From: Bacilli bacterium
GTDB lineage: Bacteria > Bacillota_I > Bacilli_A > RF39 > UBA660
DNA length: 64,000 nucleotides
Assembly (NCBI GenBank): GCA_017484065.1
Contig: JAFUTX010000031.1
Coordinates: 34,581-98,580, forward strand
Direction: 5' to 3'
The notes below the pieces were generated by a model that saw only the letters and a list, made by a program, of their open reading frames with translations, made no database searches and had not been told where the DNA came from. Positions 59,713-64,000 of this stretch are shown here, piece after piece. Each line of letters opens with the position of its first letter. Position 1 is the first letter of the stretch. The translations under genes and the position numbers were made by a program.

Positions 59713-61581
59713 ATGGAAAAAATATTAAAACAATTAAAAGAGTTAGTGAATAAAGTAGCAATGGAATCATTGTCAAAAGAATATACTGAATCATATGAAG
59801 AAAAATTATTAGCAAAAATAAATCATATACGTACTTATGAAGACTTAGCCAATAATGAATTAATAGACCTTTTTAATTTATTTAAGTATTTAGAAGATGA
59901 TGAAACAAATGAAAATGATAATTCAAATGATTATAATATCTTAATTAATCTTTTAGAGAAGATGAACTTTAAAAATGTATATGAGTTTGCTTATTTTTAT
60001 ACATATTTATATAGTTTAAGATTTACATTTCCTACTGTTTATGATTATATTAATAATCCTGATGAACAAGCTCTATTAGATGATGAAGAATATTTACATT
60101 ATCTTATGTACCAAAAATATTCACAAGATTTTTTTAGTGAGAATAAAAGTGTTAAAGAAAAGACTTATAATGCACTAGTAGAAGCCTTAAAGTCACGATA
60201 TTCTGTAACATTTCTACATTTATATTGTTTAATACGTGAACAAAGAGCAAGCGAATTAGATATTAAACTAAATCGCCGTTATCGAAATATGATATTTGAA
60301 GCAAAAGTTGTTAATACAGGTGTTTTCCAACTTATTAAAAATGCTAAAAAGAAATATGTGGAAGATAAAGATAATTTTAATAAAAAAATGATTAAAATAA
60401 CCAGATCCTTAAAAGATTTTTACGTATACTTAAATAGTATTAAAGAAAATGAAATAATTGATATATCTAAATTAGATACTGAATTATTAAGTCTTAAAGA
60501 TGCTCAATATATAATTGAATATGTTATAAAGTATAATGAACAGATTTTTGATAAAGAAATACAAAGTTATACAAACTATATAAATGATAAATATACGGTA
60601 TTTAAAAATATTTTTAAAAAATATAATTTTGATTTTACTAAATATACATATGATCAACAAGAGTATTTAATGAATACTCTAGAAATGAATGATTTATTTG
60701 AATTATTAGAAATAATAAATGAATTATTTCATAAAAATACTATACCAATGGATATGTTATTTTATATATTAAAGGAATCAGATATAAAAGATTTACAATC
60801 GATAGCTACTATGCATATTAATCCAGAATTTTTACTTAACAATTATACTATTTTTAATAAAGGTATATTAAATAATGTTCATAATAATGTTCAATTATTT
60901 AAAGAAAAAGAAATTAAATGGCGTAGAGAAGAGAATAAAAATAATCCTGTTATATTAGTTGATAACTCATTCTTAAGTTATAATATTAAACTATTAGAGT
61001 TATATCGTAAAAATATGAAAGATAAAGAATTAACTAATTTTGATTATTTAAAAAATGAAGATTATATTATTAATATTGAAAGATTAATTGAACTAGGTAT
61101 AGAACAAAAAGAAATAAATAAAATAATTAATAATCCTGCTATTTCTGTAAAACATTTAACTTTATTAGTAAAAAGATTGTTAATTGAAAAAGAGTTAGGA
61201 AGTAATAATATTACAGAAGATTATTGGTTAGAGGATGAAGTTTTAGATGAATTTATTATCAATGACATTAATGATTATATAGATAATGATACTAATAATA
61301 TTATTAATAGTAGTTATCAAATTAATATAAGTGGTGATAATCCATATATTACTATTTTAGATAAAGAATATAAAATAGATAATTATAGGTATAATATTAA
61401 TGGTATAAATATTTCTAGAAATAAAGTAATTAGAAATATAAGTAAATTAAATAAAGAAGTATTATCAAATAATGAATTATTAACTATATTAATTCATAAT
61501 AGTATACTTAATACTTATGAAATAGAAATAGTAAAAGAAAGTATTACTAAGTTATTTAATACTAATATATTAAAAAGATAA
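59713..61581 (+). CDS. hypothetical protein (622 aa, no signal peptide)
   Basis: long ORF translationally coupled to the previous gene; no family recognised. Confidence 0.5.
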   Translation: MEKILKQLKELVNKVAMESLSKEYTESYEEKLLAKINHIRTYEDLANNELIDLFNLFKYLEDDETNENDNSNDYNILINLLEKMNFKNVYEFAYFYTYLYSLRFTFPTVYDYINNPDEQALLDDEEYLHYLMYQKYSQDFFSENKSVKEKTYNALVEALKSRYSVTFLHLYCLIREQRASELDIKLNRRYRNMIFEAKVVNTGVFQLIKNAKKKYVEDKDNFNKKMIKITRSLKDFYVYLNSIKENEIIDISKLDTELLSLKDAQYIIEYVIKYNEQIFDKEIQSYTNYINDKYTVFKNIFKKYNFDFTKYTYDQQEYLMNTLEMNDLFELLEIINELFHKNTIPMDMLFYILKESDIKDLQSIATMHINPEFLLNNYTIFNKGILNNVHNNVQLFKEKEIKWRREENKNNPVILVDNSFLSYNIKLLELYRKNMKDKELTNFDYLKNEDYIINIERLIELGIEQKEINKIINNPAISVKHLTLLVKRLLIEKELGSNNITEDYWLEDEVLDEFIINDINDYIDNDTNNIINSSYQINISGDNPYITILDKEYKIDNYRYNINGINISRNKVIRNISKLNKEVLSNNELLTILIHNSILNTYEIEIVKESITKLFNTNILKR

Positions 61582-61606
61582 AACATATAATTTCTTAGGT
61601 GATAAC

Positions 61607-61846
61607 ATGTTTAATAACCTAAGAAATTATTTTTTTGATGATAATTATGTTATTAATATTTATGAAGGATATTTTCATATATGTAATTATACTAGAGTTG
61701 ATCATTTAAGTGATAAGGAAGTTATAATAACTATAAATAACTTTAAAATAGATGTTAAAGGTAAAGATTTTTTAGTTAGTAAAATGTTAGATAATGAAAT
61801 ATTAATTAAAGGTAGTATTGCTGATATGAGGTTTATTTATGAATAA
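61607..61846 (+). CDS. yqfC: sporulation protein YqfC-like
   Basis: 79 aa immediately upstream of and overlapping yqfD. Confidence 0.5.
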   Translation: MFNNLRNYFFDDNYVINIYEGYFHICNYTRVDHLSDKEVIITINNFKIDVKGKDFLVSKMLDNEILIKGSIADMRFIYE

Positions 61847-63008
61847 ACATAAGGTTATTATCAAAATTATTACTAATAACTTTAATAAATTAATAAATAA
61901 AATAAATGATTTAGATATAATAATATATAGTATTAGTTATCTTAATGATTCAATAATTATTAAAGTTAATTATGATGATTATGTAAAGATAAAGAAGAGA
62001 TTATTTTATTATGATATATATTTATTAAGTGATTTAGGTATTTATAAAATAAAAAATAAAATAAGAAAATATTATATATTATTAATATCTTTAGTAATAG
62101 GCTTAATACTATTTTTCTTTTTAAATAATATAATTATTAAAGTTAATGTTATACATTCTAATTCTTATATTAGATATATTGTATCTAAAACTCTAGAAGA
62201 AGAGGGTATAGCTAAATTTAGACTAAAAAAGAGTTATGATGAAATAGCTAAGATTAAAGAAAGAATATTAAATAAATATCCAGAAGATTTAGAATGGATT
62301 GAAATTGAAGTAGTGGGTATGACTTATCAAGTTAAAATTGAACAAAGAGTATTAACTAAAGAAAAACAAGTAGATAAAGCTTGTCATGTAGTTGCAAGTA
62401 AAAATGCAGTTATTACAAGAATAATTCCTGAAAAAGGGGAAAGTATAGTAAATGTAAATAAATTTGTCAAGAAAGATGATATATTAATTACGGGAGAAAT
62501 TAAATATAATGAAGAAGTAAAAAGTAATGTATGTGCCAAAGGTTTAGTTTATGGTGAAGTGTGGTATACGGTTAAAGTTACATTACCACTAGAATACGAA
62601 AGTAATAATTATACCGGTAAGAAAAGATTTAATTTAAGTTATGAATATAAAAAGAGTAGTAAGACTATATTTAAAAATAGATTAAAGAATTATGTAACCA
62701 AGAAAAAGAAATTATTTAGTTTATTTGGTGCTACAATTTATTTAAATACTGATTATGAAGTAGTAAAAGAAAATAAAAAATATAGCCAAAAAGAAGCTTT
62801 AAATAAAGGTTTAGAACTGGCTAAAGAAAAGATTTTGCTTGAATTAAATGAAAATGAACGTATTTTGTCACAAAAAGTTTTGAAAAAAAGTATAAATGAT
62901 AGTAAAATGGAATTAGAAGTTTTTACTTCTGTGGAAGAGTTAATTAGTAAGAGTGTTTATTATGATGCCCTACCACCAGAGAATAAGGAGAGTAATGATG
63001 AAAGTTGA
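61839..63008 (+). CDS. yqfD: sporulation protein YqfD-like (stage IV)
   Basis: 389 aa, central TM, YqfD-like organisation. Confidence 0.65.
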   Translation: MNKHKVIIKIITNNFNKLINKINDLDIIIYSISYLNDSIIIKVNYDDYVKIKKRLFYYDIYLLSDLGIYKIKNKIRKYYILLISLVIGLILFFFLNNIIIKVNVIHSNSYIRYIVSKTLEEEGIAKFRLKKSYDEIAKIKERILNKYPEDLEWIEIEVVGMTYQVKIEQRVLTKEKQVDKACHVVASKNAVITRIIPEKGESIVNVNKFVKKDDILITGEIKYNEEVKSNVCAKGLVYGEVWYTVKVTLPLEYESNNYTGKKRFNLSYEYKKSSKTIFKNRLKNYVTKKKKLFSLFGATIYLNTDYEVVKENKKYSQKEALNKGLELAKEKILLELNENERILSQKVLKKSINDSKMELEVFTSVEELISKSVYYDALPPENKESNDES

Positions 63009-63618
63009 TACTTTAGTAGATGCCTTGTCAGGTATATGGCCAATGCTTACTATATTTTTAGTAGTAATAGTTACAATTAGAGTAGTATATTTATTACAAA
63101 ACCATGAAAAGATAGTATTTTATAAAGAATTTATGATGCTAGTTTCAGTAATCTATGTATTATTATTATATCAATTACTTACTAGTACTGAACTTAATAA
63201 TACTAGTGGTGGATTAAATTTAGTACCATTTACAGAAATAATGCGTTATAAGTTTGGCAGTCCACTTTTCTATACCAATGTAATAGGGAATATACTTATA
63301 TTTGTACCCTTAGGATTTTTTATATCTAAATATATTAAACCACAAAAGATAACACCTATCTTTATAGTAAGTTTGGTAATAAGTGTTACAGTTGAATTAG
63401 TTCAATTAAATATTGGTAGATCATTTGATATAGATGATATTATCTTAAATATAATCGGAGCCATTTTAGGTTTTTTAGTTTATATATCATTAAATGCTAT
63501 CAATAAACATTTACCTAAGGTATTACAAAGCGATTTATTTTATAATATTATTTGTATAATTATTATAATCGTAGCTTTTCTATATTTTGCAAATAATTGG
63601 AAGGGATTAATGATTTAA
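62996..63618 (+). CDS. VanZ family membrane protein
   Basis: VanZ-like TM pattern (GNILIFVPLGFF); start moved to the ATG after AAGGAG. Confidence 0.6.
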
Positions 63619-64000
63619 TGAAGTATGATTATGTCGACGAATATGGTTTTAAAGAGGATTATTCTTATTTAGATGGAGTAATTGACGCAACTTTAAAACA
63701 TGAAAATGTTAAAAATGCTATTTTTACTATTATATTCGTTGATGAAGAAAAAATTCAGAATTTAAATCGAGAATATCGTAATATCGATAGAGTTACTGAT
63801 GTAATAAGTTTTGCATTAGAAGATAATAGTGATTTTAAATTTGATGACTTTAGAGTACTAGGGGATATCTATATATGTATACCTAGAATGATAGAACAAG
63901 CTAAAGATTATGGACATTCTATTAAAAGAGAGTTATCATTTTTAACAGTACATGGCTTACTTCATTTACTTGGATATGATCATATGACTAAAGAAGATGA
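63618..64000 (+). CDS. ybeY: endoribonuclease YbeY, 3-prime partial at window end
   Basis: HGLLHLLGYDH zinc-binding motif. Confidence 0.85.
   Translation, partial: MKYDYVDEYGFKEDYSYLDGVIDATLKHENVKNAIFTIIFVDEEKIQNLNREYRNIDRVTDVISFALEDNSDFKFDDFRVLGDIYICIPRMIEQAKDYGHSIKRELSFLTVHGLLHLLGYDHMTKED

Noticed and set aside
1-64000. CRISPR arrays, rRNA genes, IS elements or transposases, prophage
   Set aside because: No regularly spaced short direct repeats, no rRNA-like sequence, no transposase or integrase ORFs, and no capsid, terminase or tail genes. ORF6N, Abi, Fic and DinD occur as isolated genes.

Overview
This window looks like a low-GC Firmicute chromosome segment from a Clostridia-like spore former; the sequence is visibly AT-rich, GC not computed. 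The housekeeping backbone reads rimP(short)-nusA-ylxR-infB-rbfA-truB, thiI, ackA, nrnA, recX-like, trpS, frr, an unusually short alaS, spoIIGA-sigE, sepF-divIVA, cdsA-rseP, rpsO-pnp, pheS-pheT behind a T-box leader, tRNA-Ala, tRNA-Lys and yqfC-yqfD-ybeY. Accessory elements sit between these blocks. The most unusual are (1) a divergent locus with a two-gene EssC+EsaB type VII-like secretion module facing an operon for a class B sortase domain fused to a novel ~265-aa cytoplasmic domain, a FemAB-family peptidyltransferase and a glucosaminidase; and (2) two tandem, diverged copies of a type I toxin-antitoxin-like cassette between esaB and pheS that no ORF track would report. Others are tandem ORF6N (KilA-N-like) proteins, solitary Fic, Abi_2 and DinD genes, two tandem YjcZ-like sporulation micropeptides, a decaying three-copy YhcG/DUF1016 nuclease array whose repeated leader carries Spo0A-box-like TTCGACA motifs shared with the spoIIGA promoter, G8-G9 homopolymer tracts, and a paralogous pair of ~535-aa membrane-anchored proteins next to an XRE regulator. 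No rRNA, CRISPR array, integrase or transposase was recognised.
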